A stretch of DNA of 64,000 bases, from contig CALRIY020000004.1 in assembly GCA_943364975.1 (NCBI GenBank), positions 5,736 to 69,735 of the forward strand, read 5' to 3'. The notes under the pieces are model-generated. The model ran no database searches and was not told the DNA's origin. It saw nothing but the letters and a program-made list of their open reading frames with translations. Origin of the DNA: Synechococcus sp. UW140. GTDB taxonomy: Bacteria > Bacteroidota > Ignavibacteria > UBA10030 > UBA8401. Every line of letters starts with the position of its first letter. Within the stretch, counting starts at the first letter, position 1. The position numbers were made by a program, and so were the translations under genes. Shown in pieces: positions 1 through 9,422 of the stretch.

Positions 1-74
1 TCGAAGAAAAGCCAGGTGAGACTGGTGAGACGGATGAGCGAATCGCGGTAGACCACTGCCAGAACATTCCTCAT
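1..74 (-). CDS. ABC-2 type transporter permease, N-terminal fragment (gene continues beyond window start)
   Basis: ATG at 72-74 (minus) overlaps the stop of the upstream ATPase gene in an ATGA junction. Minus-strand translation MRNVLAVVYRDSLIRLTSLTWLFF resembles N-termini of ABC-2 permeases that follow DrrA-like ATPases. Confidence 0.5.
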   Translation of the reverse strand, partial: MRNVLAVVYRDSLIRLTSLTWLFF

Positions 75-1024
75 GCCGGTTTACCCGCTTTCTTCGCGTC
101 GATCAGCTGCACGAACACATCTTCAAGCGAGGCAGTGGAGATCTCGAAATGCTTCAGCGCGCCGGAGGACTGGGCGAGGGAGAGGATGTTCAGCGCCTCG
201 TCATGTTCGCGGACGGTGACGGTTGCTTCGTTGTTGACGAATTCCAGTTTCACCGGTGTAAATTTCTGGATCAGTTCCTGCAGTTCTTTTCCCATCTCGT
301 TGAACTTCAGCGAAAGATAGAACATCTGCAGTCCCATCTTCTTTACATCATCGGTCGTTCCGTTGGCGACGATCTTGCCGTGGTTGATGATTGCGATGGA
401 ATTGCACAATTCTTCCGCTTCCTCCAGCATATGTGTGGTCAGGACGATCGTCCGTCCCCGCTGCGCCTCCTCGCGGATCGCTCGGACCGTCGCCCGTTTA
501 TTGAAAGTATCCATCCCGGTGGTCGCTTCATCCAGAAAGACGATCGGCTTGTCCACCAGGAACATCTTCGCCACCTGCACCCGCCGTTTCACCCCTCCGC
601 TCAGGTCGATCGGTTTCTGATGGATCACATCGCGCAGGCCGAACAGCTCGGTCACGCGGTCCATCTTCTTTTCTATTTCCGCGGCGGTCATTCCATGGAA
701 GCGTCCGAATGTCAAAAAATTATGGCGGACCGTCAGGAATACTTCCACCGCATTCTCCTGCAGCACCACGCAGAGACTTTTCCGCACTTCGAGAGGCTGT
801 TTGGTCACATCGAATCCGTTGATCAGCACTGTTCCGGAGGTCGGCGGTATGAGCGTGGTCATGATCTTGATGGCGGTCGATTTTCCGGCGCCGTTCGGTC
901 CGAGCAGACCGAAGATCTGTCCCTTCTCCACATCGAATGTGATATCGTCCACGGCGCGGAGCGGGGCCTCCCCTTTGCGCGGGAATTCTTTGACAAGATT
1001 TTTTATGGAAATTGCGTTATTCAT
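71..1024 (-). CDS. ABC transporter ATP-binding protein (ABC-2/DrrA-like)
   Basis: Walker A GPNGAGKST, ABC signature LSGGVKRRV, Walker B IVFLDEATTGMD, H-loop TTHMLEE; 317 aa. Confidence 0.9.
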   Translation of the reverse strand: MNNAISIKNLVKEFPRKGEAPLRAVDDITFDVEKGQIFGLLGPNGAGKSTAIKIMTTLIPPTSGTVLINGFDVTKQPLEVRKSLCVVLQENAVEVFLTVRHNFLTFGRFHGMTAAEIEKKMDRVTELFGLRDVIHQKPIDLSGGVKRRVQVAKMFLVDKPIVFLDEATTGMDTFNKRATVRAIREEAQRGRTIVLTTHMLEEAEELCNSIAIINHGKIVANGTTDDVKKMGLQMFYLSLKFNEMGKELQELIQKFTPVKLEFVNNEATVTVREHDEALNILSLAQSSGALKHFEISTASLEDVFVQLIDAKKAGKPA

Positions 1025-1082
1025 GAACTAAAATTATGGAAGGTAAAAACATTATTCTCTATTGGGTCTTATACCCCGATAC

Positions 1083-1202
1083 TTGCCCGCCACAGGCGGG
1101 CTTTCGTCGTAATGTCATTCCCGTCCCAAAGGGATCCATTAGGGACATGTTCTTGGCGGGAATCTATTCAATGGATGCCCGATAGAAACATTCGGGCATG
1201 AC
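1083..1202. repeat. cluster of GC-rich stem-loop modules (REP-like hairpin forest)
   Basis: GCCCGCC-aca-GGCGGGC at 1085-1101, a degenerate GTCCCAAAGGGATCC..GGGAC module, and ATGCCCGA-N9-TCGGGCAT. Linker words GTCATTCC and GGCATGAC are shared with the clusters at 2.1, 18.8, 26.1 and 55.6 kb. Confidence 0.7.
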
Positions 1203-1367
1203 AAAGATAATCCATCCGCTTGCCGCGGGGTCATTCATTGGAAACAGTTCTAGATTGCTTCGTCCCGACAACGCTTAAGACATAGTCAGGACTCGCAATG
1301 ACTAATGTATTTAAAAAAACTGCGATGAATCTTTCACTAAGTATCGAGAAAGCAGTGCGTAAAAAAA

Positions 1368-1937
1368 TTACTGACCCTTTTGTTCGATCAGATCGACCAA
1401 TTGCTTGATGATGTGCGCCGTAGCGCCCCACACCGGTTCTTTCCACACATGATAGAAATAGACCTGGCGATGTTTTCCTTTCAACTCGCGAGTTTCGAGC
1501 GTGCGCAGTGAGGGATCGAAGAATTTTTCCAAAGGGATCATCAGTACTTCGGCCACTTCATCCGCGCTCGTTTTGATCTCGGAGAGACAATCGATGTAAC
1601 CCACCACCGGCGTAACGACGAATCCGCTCGGAATATGGATGTCATCGAGCGTTCCTAAAATATTTATCATCGAACGGGGAATGCCGATCTCTTCTTCCGC
1701 TTCACGGAGCGCCGTTGCTGTTTCTGATTCATCGTCTTCGTCCACCATTCCGCCGGGGAAAGAGATCTGCCCCTTGTGATGCTCCACGGTATCGGTCCGC
1801 TTCGTCAATAAAAGATGCAAATGATTTGCTTTATTGACAAGTGTTACCAGCACGCATGCTTTCCGTGCATTATCATCGGACATGGTTGTCCGATGATGCT
1901 GTGCCAGAATGGTTGCAATATGCTCGTGGGTGATCAA
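1368..1937 (-). CDS. Nudix hydrolase, CoA pyrophosphatase-like
   Basis: Nudix box GGMVDEDDESETATALREAEEEIGI, preceded by LLLTKRT...HKGQISFPGG (NuCoA-type motif); 189 aa. Confidence 0.8.
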   Translation of the reverse strand: MITHEHIATILAQHHRTTMSDDNARKACVLVTLVNKANHLHLLLTKRTDTVEHHKGQISFPGGMVDEDDESETATALREAEEEIGIPRSMINILGTLDDIHIPSGFVVTPVVGYIDCLSEIKTSADEVAEVLMIPLEKFFDPSLRTLETRELKGKHRQVYFYHVWKEPVWGATAHIIKQLVDLIEQKGQ

Positions 1938-2070
1938 CGTGAAAATGTTTGCAGTTCAATAATAAAAATCGTTGTTATCGCGGGGAGTGACACCGACCGT
2001 ATCACTCCGCTGCGGTCTTCAAGGACATCTTTAGTAGAAGTGGTCTCAAAAACGAAATAAATTTAAAAAT

Positions 2071-2160
2071 TGTCACACTGAGCGGAGACGAAGTGTGAAA
2101 ATTTCAGTGAATCATGCCTCGACGGAGTTTACCCCGATGAACATCGGGGCTCGGCATGAC
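2071..2160. repeat. stem-loop module cluster (REP-like)
   Basis: TCACACT-N12-AGTGTGA hairpin, then CATGCC...CCCCGATGaaCATCGGGG...GGCATGAC nested hairpin ending in the shared word GGCATGAC. Confidence 0.6.
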
Positions 2161-2194
2161 ATTAAGAAAATGTTTTTGAGACCGGTTCTAGTAT

Positions 2195-3430
2195 TTAGAA
2201 TCTGCTCGAATCTCTGCCGAAGATGAACGCTTTCATCCAGTCGAACACCACCAGCACTTTGTTCTTCCAGCTGACCAGTTTCGTCAGATATGCGGAGCGC
2301 CAGAATATCCATGTGGAGAAACCGCGTCCCTTCACCTGCGGCAGGTCCGCCAGCGCGCGGTTGCTGCCGATGTATGCGAGCATTCCGCGGTGATGATAGA
2401 TGAACGGTTCCACAGGACGGTTCTTCGCCAGCGCGTTCAGACATTTGGCAAGATAATATCCCTCCTGCTGCGCTACCTGTGATGTCGCCGGAAGAAGATT
2501 CCCTTCGATCGTTGCACAATCACCAAGTGAATAAATATGTGTGAATCCTTTCAGATGGAAGAATTCATCCGTCAGCAGCCGCGAACCGCGGTCCTTCTCG
2601 AACGGGAGCGATTTGACGAATTCCGTCTGCGTGTTGCCGGTGGACCAGACCATCATGCCGTACGGAACACGCGAGCCGTCCTTCAGCAGGATCTCGTTCG
2701 CTTCCACTTTTGCCACCTGGGACTGCAGGCGGACGGAGATCTTTTGACGCTGAAAAATTTTGATCGTATATTCGCTGAGAGCGGCATCGAACGTGTTGAG
2801 CAGTGCATCGCCTGCTTCGAACAATGTGATGTTCACATCCGCCACCACGTTCGGATACGAATCCGTCAGATCTTCGGTAAGAAAATCGTGCAGCTCCGCT
2901 GCGAATTCCACACCGGTCGGACCGCCCCCGACCACCACAAAGTGGAGCAGCCGTTTCCGTTCCTCGAACTGCAGGTTCGGCGTACTGGCCCGTTCAAAAT
3001 TCTCGATGATGCGTTGACGGATGGCCCGCGCATCGGTCAGTTCTTTCAGGAATAATCCGTACTGTTCCACACCTTCGATCCCGAAGGTGTTGCTGACGGC
3101 GCCGACGCCGATCACCAGCTGATCGAACCGCAGATCGAACTCATTCCCGTCCAGCGCATTCTTACAGTGCAGTGAATTGTTCTTCGTGTCGATGCCCGTA
3201 CAGTATGCGTGATAGTATGTGATGTTCTCTTTTGCGCTGCGGATCGGTTCGATGATGGAACGGAATTCGATCGTACCGACGGTGGTGCTCGGCAGCAGCG
3301 GAGTGAAGATGAAATGATTCCGCGGACTCACGACCACGACTTCATACCGGTGCGTATCGATCCCTTTGAGCAGGCTGAAGGAAGCGAATCCGCTCCCAAG
3401 AATGACTAATTTTTGACGTTGAGATTTCAT
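2195..3430 (-). CDS. ndh: type II NADH:quinone oxidoreductase (NDH-2), FAD-dependent pyridine nucleotide-disulfide oxidoreductase
   Basis: N-terminal dinucleotide fold KLVILGSGFASF and a second fold VVVGGGPTGVEFAAEL; 411 aa, typical NDH-2 length. Confidence 0.8.
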   Translation of the reverse strand: MKSQRQKLVILGSGFASFSLLKGIDTHRYEVVVVSPRNHFIFTPLLPSTTVGTIEFRSIIEPIRSAKENITYYHAYCTGIDTKNNSLHCKNALDGNEFDLRFDQLVIGVGAVSNTFGIEGVEQYGLFLKELTDARAIRQRIIENFERASTPNLQFEERKRLLHFVVVGGGPTGVEFAAELHDFLTEDLTDSYPNVVADVNITLFEAGDALLNTFDAALSEYTIKIFQRQKISVRLQSQVAKVEANEILLKDGSRVPYGMMVWSTGNTQTEFVKSLPFEKDRGSRLLTDEFFHLKGFTHIYSLGDCATIEGNLLPATSQVAQQEGYYLAKCLNALAKNRPVEPFIYHHRGMLAYIGSNRALADLPQVKGRGFSTWIFWRSAYLTKLVSWKNKVLVVFDWMKAFIFGRDSSRF

Positions 3431-3603
3431 AGAGGACTATTTAGATTAAGGATAAATCACTCTTAAAATACGGATTTTTTGCCGGAACTTCCCATTATAT
3501 CGTGCTTCGGGGCACACATTGTGTTAAACTATTCGCTATTTTACGCTGTCAAAGAGGCCTTGCACGAGTCACTGACAACAATCCATTATCAGGAGAATTC
3601 ATC

Positions 3604-3972
3604 ATGCTTACCCGCCGTTTGTTCATCGTTCTGATCATATCAACGATCCTCTCGCTCACCGTATTTGCACAGCCGCGCGGTGAAAACCGGGGCGATGCTC
3701 AAGTGAAAAAAATGCAGGAAAAGGTCGGATTGACAGATGAACAAGCCGCCAAGGTGAAAGCGATCATGCAGAAAGCGCGCGAAGAGGCGCGGAGTGCATT
3801 CGAGAACGGCGATGTGGACCGGGAAGCGATGCGCGAAATGATGATGAAGAGCCGGGAGAAGACCGATGCCGAGATCATCAAATTGCTGACGAAAGAACAG
3901 AAACCGAAATTCGAACAGTACAGAAAAGAACAACAGAAAGAGATGCAGGAAAGAATGAGAGAACGACAATGA
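3604..3972 (+). CDS. periplasmic Spy/CpxP-like LTXXQ-motif protein
   Basis: Internal ATG at 3604 is preceded by AGGAGAA. Signal peptide MLTRRLFIVLIISTILSLTVFAQ; two LTXXQ motifs (LTDEQ, LTKEQ) in a K/E-rich helical protein. Confidence 0.6.
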   Translation: MLTRRLFIVLIISTILSLTVFAQPRGENRGDAQVKKMQEKVGLTDEQAAKVKAIMQKAREEARSAFENGDVDREAMREMMMKSREKTDAEIIKLLTKEQKPKFEQYRKEQQKEMQERMRERQ

Positions 3973-4002
3973 TCTCATTCCATAACAATATCAGGAGCTA
4001 CC

Positions 4003-4884
4003 ATGAACACCATTAAACAATTCTTTTCCGCCGCACTCATTGCCGGATTGTTCTTCACCGGCTGCGATAAGAGTACCGATCCGGTGACCGAATCCGAAGC
4101 GATGTATGAAGACGCAGCGGAATCGATCGCGGCATCCGTCGGTGACGAGAGCGGCGGGGCCACTGAAAGCTTTGCCGATGTGATGATCGCCGGAGGAGGG
4201 GGAGCCATGGGTTCCGCCGCACCGGTGATGGATGGCGAGGACCAGGTGACCGCAGGAGTTCCCACGTACGATTCCACCACAGGATGGTGGTCCGTTTCGG
4301 TCAGCCGGACGATGGAGAATATGCGCGTAACGCGTTCCATCACCCGCGAGTACCGGTATCAGTATCAGAAGAACGGTACTCCTCAGAAACATTTCGTCAC
4401 TTCCGGCGATACGGCGACGACGTTGAAGTTCCGCATCGTCAGCGGTACGGGTGTGATGAAGAATCTACGTGTTTCGCACACACTTACTCAGCTGAAGGGC
4501 GCGTGGACATCATCCAATCTGAACAAGGATACGGTGACGATCACTCTGGACAGCAACTATGTCCGTTCCGCCACCGATACGATCAAGACGAATCTGATGC
4601 TTCGGACGCACACCGGAACATTGACGCTCACCAGCGTGAATGTAAAAGCTCCCCGCTACCGTCCGCTGATCGCCGGCGCATGGCGGGATAATTTCCACAA
4701 TGCCGTCAGCGGCACCATCAGCGGCAACTATACAGCAGCGATCACATTCCAGCGCGGAGATGCATACAAAGAACGCTCCATCAACCGTGACTTTACGGTG
4801 ACTATCGGCGGCGGCGAAGGTTCGCTGAACATCAACGGACGCAAATTCAAGGTCAATATGCGGGACGGTCAACCGAAACCGTAA
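4003..4884 (+). CDS. hypothetical lipoprotein
   Basis: Lipoprotein signal with lipobox LFFTGC; AGGAG upstream of the ATG; no recognisable catalytic motif. Confidence 0.6.
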   Translation: MNTIKQFFSAALIAGLFFTGCDKSTDPVTESEAMYEDAAESIAASVGDESGGATESFADVMIAGGGGAMGSAAPVMDGEDQVTAGVPTYDSTTGWWSVSVSRTMENMRVTRSITREYRYQYQKNGTPQKHFVTSGDTATTLKFRIVSGTGVMKNLRVSHTLTQLKGAWTSSNLNKDTVTITLDSNYVRSATDTIKTNLMLRTHTGTLTLTSVNVKAPRYRPLIAGAWRDNFHNAVSGTISGNYTAAITFQRGDAYKERSINRDFTVTIGGGEGSLNINGRKFKVNMRDGQPKP

Positions 4885-4948
4885 TTTCAGTTCCGTCAAT
4901 TCATGATAGGGTAAAGAAGCATTTCGGTTTACGGCTTAATGGTATAAA

Positions 4949-4987
4949 CACTTGCCAAGTCTTGAAGACTTGGCAAGTGTGATTTTT
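4949..4987 (+). terminator. intrinsic terminator hairpin (variant member of the GTCTTnAAGAC palindrome family)
   Basis: CACTTGCCAAGTCTTgAAGACTTGGCAAGTG (15-bp arms) followed by a TTTTT run, 65 nt after the stop at 4884. Confidence 0.75.
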
Positions 4988-4989
4988 AC

Positions 4990-5889
4990 ATGAAGAGTCT
5001 AACAAGGGCAAGCATTTCTGCTTGCCCTTTTCTATTTTACTGCATGATCCGATCAGCAGTAGTCATGTTCATCTTTATGGCGGTACACGCGCAGACGCTG
5101 CACGTGCCTTCCCGTCCGGTTTCAGCATTGACCGGAAGTCAGCTCTATGCGGAACTCGTTCCGCTGCCGCGGAGCGAGCGCGAGGATTTGCTCTTTAAAA
5201 TTATTACGCAGGGAAATATTCCGGATTTTTTGCGGCAGCTGCGGCCGATAACGGTAAAGAAACAGATCAACGGTACGGAATACACTCTGGAATACTTCGT
5301 CACACCCGATTATCTTTCCGTTGGACACGACACCGATCATGTTTTGATGCCGATGACGCCGATCCTCGCACAGAGAATCGCCGATCGTACGAACTGCATG
5401 CTGCCGACCGCAGTGATGGTCGATCAGATCTATGCCGCGGCCGCCGTGAAACTTCCCCCTCAGCCGATCCCGCCCGATGCGGAGATGGTGACGGTGCAGA
5501 GATTCTATCAGCACAATGATTCCGTGCAGACATTGCGGCGTCCGGCATTGATCCCGTTCACGCTCGGTTCCCTGGTCTCGGGGACGAAGAAGGATATTGT
5601 GATCGATCAGAGGATCTATTCCCAGCTGAAAAAGAATTGTCCGAAACCGGTGGTGATCTACGGATGGCATCGATTGAACGGAATTCCAATTCAGCCCGCC
5701 TACAACGGCCATGGTGAGACCTATGCCGATTACAGCCACGGTGTCAGGCTGGTACAGCGTATGGCGAAGATCAATGGAGCTGATATCTCGCTGACCGACA
5801 TCGTGCAGGACCCGGTCTATCATCAATTGATCAGCGATACGGTGTTGGTGAAGCCATACTACAACTATCAACATATCACTAAGGATTGA
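4990..5889 (+). CDS. hypothetical secreted protein
   Basis: 299-aa ORF with a hydrophobic N-terminus ending AVHAQ. An alternative start at 5044 (MIRSAVVMFIFMAVHAQ) gives a cleaner signal peptide. No family recognised. Confidence 0.55.
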   Translation: MKSLTRASISACPFLFYCMIRSAVVMFIFMAVHAQTLHVPSRPVSALTGSQLYAELVPLPRSEREDLLFKIITQGNIPDFLRQLRPITVKKQINGTEYTLEYFVTPDYLSVGHDTDHVLMPMTPILAQRIADRTNCMLPTAVMVDQIYAAAAVKLPPQPIPPDAEMVTVQRFYQHNDSVQTLRRPALIPFTLGSLVSGTKKDIVIDQRIYSQLKKNCPKPVVIYGWHRLNGIPIQPAYNGHGETYADYSHGVRLVQRMAKINGADISLTDIVQDPVYHQLISDTVLVKPYYNYQHITKD

Positions 5890-5893
5890 CCCG

Positions 5894-7429
5894 ATGAAGA
5901 ATATCTTTTTCCTGTCGCTGCTGATCGTAGCTGCTTGTACATCGCAGCCGCTTCCCAATTCGGTCAAAATGACGCCGACCGTCGATCTGGGATTGAAGAA
6001 TACGATGGTGTCCGTCCCGGCAAAATACAAAGGGAAGATCTCGGAGCAGCTTCCTTTGGCTGTTCCCGATGGATATACCGTCTCGGTGTTTCACACCGGC
6101 GGACTTTCCAAACCGAGATTCTTTGCGTGGAGTCCGGACAGCGTGCTGCATGTAGCGGATAAGAATGCCGGAACGATCATTGCAATGCCCGATCTGGATC
6201 ATGACGGCGTTGCGGACACGGCGCGTGTGGTTGCATCCGGATTCTCGAAATCGCACGACATGAAATTCTACAACGGCGCGCTCTATGTCGCCGAAGAGAC
6301 GAAGGTAACGAAGTGCACCGATCTGAACGGCGACGGTTTCTACGAAACAAAATCAACATTCATCACCATGGTCACCGGCGGACAGCAGGGAGGCGGAGGG
6401 CATGACACGCGCACGATCGTGTTCGATGCGGCAAAAAAGAAGATGTATCTCTCCATCGGTTCGCTCTGCAACACCTGCCGGGAGGAGAGCCGCGCGATCA
6501 TCGAGGAATGGAATGATGACGGGACCGGAAGGCGTGTCTATGCAACAGGATGCAGGAATGCCGTCGGAATGACGCTGCACAACGGTCGGTTGTGGGCGAA
6601 CAACAACGGCTTCGACTGGCAGGGTGACGATATCCCGCCGGAGTGGATCGACGTGGTGAAGGATGGCGGATTCTACGGCTATCCGTACGCGTATGCGCAC
6701 GGCGTGTGGGTGAATTTCAATGCCAACAGCAGTTATCAGGCACTGCTCCCGCTCACAACGGCGGATAGTGCGAAGGTCCGTTCGATGGTACAGCCGGCCG
6801 CACTGGTTCAGGCACACAGCGCACCGATGGCGATCGAATTCTCCAACAGTTCATTCCCCGTGAAATTCCGGAACGGCGCGTTCACCGCATACCGCGGTTC
6901 GTGGAACAGAACGTATGCGACGGGATTCAAGATCGTGTATCTTGACTTTGATAATGCGCAGGATACCACGGCAAATTATGCGGCGGATTTTGTCCGTGGA
7001 TTTCTCACCGATTCCGTCGGCAAGTCCGCCTGGGGAAGACCGGTCGGTGTGGAGACCGATGCGCGGGGGAATCTCTACATCAGTTCGGACGATCTCACCC
7101 GGTGCATCCTGATCGTCTCTCCGACGAAGACAACCAAGATAAAGAAAGCGGAATCCTCATCGCCGCTGCCGATCGGTCTGCTGCAGAACTATCCGATTCG
7201 GTTCAATCCAAGAACGAATATCTCGTTCACCGTACCGAAGGATGGTCCGGTAACAGTGAAGATCTTCGACAGTGCGGGACGCTCCATCGCAACAGTGGTG
7301 GATGATCATCTCGCATCCGGGCAGTACACCGTCGAATGGAATGCACAATCCCTCTCCAGCGGAATGTATTTCTATTCGCTGTCGACCGGGACCGAGATGC
7401 GGTACAATAAACTGATCGTGATGAAGTAA
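5894..7429 (+). CDS. PQQ-dependent sugar (glucose/sorbosone) dehydrogenase-like beta-propeller protein with T9SS C-terminal sorting domain
   Basis: GGGHDTRTIVFD...MYLSIGSLCNTCRE and DLDHDGVAD/DLNGDGFYE segments are typical of the soluble sorbosone/aldose dehydrogenase family. C-terminal LLQNYPIRFNPRTNISFTV...GMYFYSL is a T9SS tail. Confidence 0.7.
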   Translation: MKNIFFLSLLIVAACTSQPLPNSVKMTPTVDLGLKNTMVSVPAKYKGKISEQLPLAVPDGYTVSVFHTGGLSKPRFFAWSPDSVLHVADKNAGTIIAMPDLDHDGVADTARVVASGFSKSHDMKFYNGALYVAEETKVTKCTDLNGDGFYETKSTFITMVTGGQQGGGGHDTRTIVFDAAKKKMYLSIGSLCNTCREESRAIIEEWNDDGTGRRVYATGCRNAVGMTLHNGRLWANNNGFDWQGDDIPPEWIDVVKDGGFYGYPYAYAHGVWVNFNANSSYQALLPLTTADSAKVRSMVQPAALVQAHSAPMAIEFSNSSFPVKFRNGAFTAYRGSWNRTYATGFKIVYLDFDNAQDTTANYAADFVRGFLTDSVGKSAWGRPVGVETDARGNLYISSDDLTRCILIVSPTKTTKIKKAESSSPLPIGLLQNYPIRFNPRTNISFTVPKDGPVTVKIFDSAGRSIATVVDDHLASGQYTVEWNAQSLSSGMYFYSLSTGTEMRYNKLIVMK

Positions 7430-7465
7430 TGCTTCAGCTAAATTCTATTTCATTCCCAAGCATCT

Positions 7466-8848
7466 ATGAAAAAAATTTTTCTTCTCATTCCATTCTGCAG
7501 CGCCATTCTCTATTCGCAGATCATTCCGCAGTATGATCTTTCCGCCGTCGATCAGCTGATGAAGGATTCAGTGTCAGCTGTCTCCGGATTCGGCGGCGGG
7601 TATTCCCTTGTGATCTATAAGGACGGGAAGATCATATATGATAAGTCCTATGCTGCTCCGGGAAAGACCTATTCATCCGACAAGGTAGTGCCGATCGCCT
7701 CCGCATCGAAATGGCTTTCCGCAGGGGTGATCATGGCACTGGTCGATCAGGGGAAATTATCGCTGAATGATTCCGCCGGAAAGTTCATTCCGTACTTCAC
7801 CGGGTTCAAACCGCGGATGACGGTCCGCCAGCTCTTCTCCCACACCAGCGGCCTTGGCGGTGACGGCGAAAACGACACGATCCTCTCCAAGAAGAATATC
7901 ACCCTCGATTCGAGCGTGCAGGAGATCGCGCGAGTGCCGCTCTTCTTCCAGCCGGGGAACGGGATGTATTACGGCGGATTCGGGATGCAGGCGGCGGGAA
8001 GGATCGCGGAGATCGTCAGCGGCATCGATCTGCCGAGCGGACTGATCTTCGATACGCTCTTTGCACGCACCATTACCCGGCCGCTCGGAATGACGAAAAC
8101 AAATTATGACGGACTCGGTGCAACCGACAATCCGCGCCTCTCCGGAAGCATCCAATCCTCTGCATTGGAATATCTCCAGTATCTGAAGATGCTGCTGAAC
8201 CAGGGAGTGCTGGATGGAAAACAGATCCTTTCCGCGGCAGCGGTGAATGAGATGCTGAAAGATCAGACGAACAATGCGGTGATCTATTACAGTCCATATA
8301 TGTTCTACACCCATCTCGGAGTGAATGCGCAGACACGATACGGCATCGGAAATTGGCGAGAGGCGGTCGATTCGCTGGGGAACGCAGTGGAATCGTCATC
8401 GCAGGGGAGGTTCGGATTCAGTCCCTGGATCGACAGGAAAAGGAATCTGGCCGGCGTGCTCTCGGTGTTCAGCGAATTGGATGCGGTGATGCCGACCTAT
8501 CTTGAGATGAAGCGGAGGATCCGCGCCGCCATTGATTCAACCGGCATGACGATCGTCCGGAGCGAAGGTGCAGTGCCGTTCCGTTTCGAACTCCTGCAGA
8601 ATTATCCCAATCCGTTCAATCCATCGACGACGATTTCATTTTCGGTAGGCGAAGGGGAACCGCAGTTCATTACTTTGACGGTGTACGATCTGCTCGGGAA
8701 AACGATAGCATCTCCTGTGCGCGAGATCCTGAGTGCCGGAACATACCGTGTGAATTTCGATGCACAGCATCTTGCTGCGGGAACATATCTGTGTGTGCTC
8801 CGTTCCGGCGGAAATGTGCAGACAAAACGGATGGTGCTGCTCAAGTAG
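7466..8848 (+). CDS. beta-lactamase-family serine hydrolase with T9SS C-terminal sorting domain
   Basis: SxxK nucleophile motif IASASKW, signal peptide, and C-terminal LLQNYPNPFNPSTTISFSV...GTYLCVL T9SS tail. Confidence 0.75.
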   Translation: MKKIFLLIPFCSAILYSQIIPQYDLSAVDQLMKDSVSAVSGFGGGYSLVIYKDGKIIYDKSYAAPGKTYSSDKVVPIASASKWLSAGVIMALVDQGKLSLNDSAGKFIPYFTGFKPRMTVRQLFSHTSGLGGDGENDTILSKKNITLDSSVQEIARVPLFFQPGNGMYYGGFGMQAAGRIAEIVSGIDLPSGLIFDTLFARTITRPLGMTKTNYDGLGATDNPRLSGSIQSSALEYLQYLKMLLNQGVLDGKQILSAAAVNEMLKDQTNNAVIYYSPYMFYTHLGVNAQTRYGIGNWREAVDSLGNAVESSSQGRFGFSPWIDRKRNLAGVLSVFSELDAVMPTYLEMKRRIRAAIDSTGMTIVRSEGAVPFRFELLQNYPNPFNPSTTISFSVGEGEPQFITLTVYDLLGKTIASPVREILSAGTYRVNFDAQHLAAGTYLCVLRSGGNVQTKRMVLLK

Positions 8849-9269
8849 CGGATGCTGTGCGTTCTTCGCGGAGCAGCATGACAAATGCGATCATGAAGCA
8901 GGCGAGCGCTACGGAGATGCAGATGATCGGCGCGGAAAAGAAATAGATCACCGAGACGACGGTCCCGATCCCCAGTCCGATGATGTTTACGACGGCGACC
9001 TTCTTCAATTCCGACGGATTCCCCTTCAAGGCGCGCGCCAGCCAGAGATTCAGTTCCCCCGCCATCAAAAAGAAGAGAGCGTAGAACAGACTGAATCCGT
9101 TGAACAGATCCATCATCGTGATGTTGAGCGGCTGAAGTGTATAGGTGTTCATCAGATCGAGCATCTGCTTCTCCGTTTCGTTTCCGGGGGATATCCCGCC
9201 GAAATGTCCGATCAGATGAAGGAAGCAGGTGATGATCAATGCGATAGAACCGATCCTAAACCAAAGCAT
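8841..9269 (-). CDS. small integral membrane protein, unknown function
   Basis: 142 aa with four hydrophobic segments. It converges on the previous gene and overlaps its 3' end by 8 nt. Confidence 0.55.
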   Translation of the reverse strand: MLWFRIGSIALIITCFLHLIGHFGGISPGNETEKQMLDLMNTYTLQPLNITMMDLFNGFSLFYALFFLMAGELNLWLARALKGNPSELKKVAVVNIIGLGIGTVVSVIYFFSAPIICISVALACFMIAFVMLLREERTASAT

Positions 9270-9422
9270 AGTATTCCTCCTGAAATGCCGTTCAAAGTAT
9301 CAATTCCGCCTCCGTGAATCAATATCCATCCTCATTTCTTGACGATTGTCCATATTATTGTTGTGCATATACCCGATGCTGATTTTTCGTTGTATATTGC
9401 TCCATTCAAAAAAGGAGAATCC

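Noticed and set aside
149-1201. 350-aa plus-strand ORF antisense to the ABC ATPase gene. Similar long antisense ORFs are 12732..13691(+), 53519..54523(+), 54393..55373(+), 14038..14880(+), 20275..20982(+), 9300..10274(-), 5122..6030(-), 28522..29412(-), 44185..45117(-) and 61218..61916(-).
   Set aside because: Each lies fully opposite a gene with clear family motifs. Their translations are Arg/His/Gly-rich low-information sequences without motifs or start context. This is typical of shadow ORFs in GC-biased coding DNA.
3502-3603. N-terminal extensions of track ORFs: 3502, 9339, 16467, 26232, 31349, 32379, 34994, 53123, 55550, 57833, 58842 and possibly 22695.
   Set aside because: Internal ATGs give proper signal peptides or family-length proteins, sit behind GGAG-type RBSs, and remove overlaps with neighbouring genes. 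The extensions have no homology-like features.
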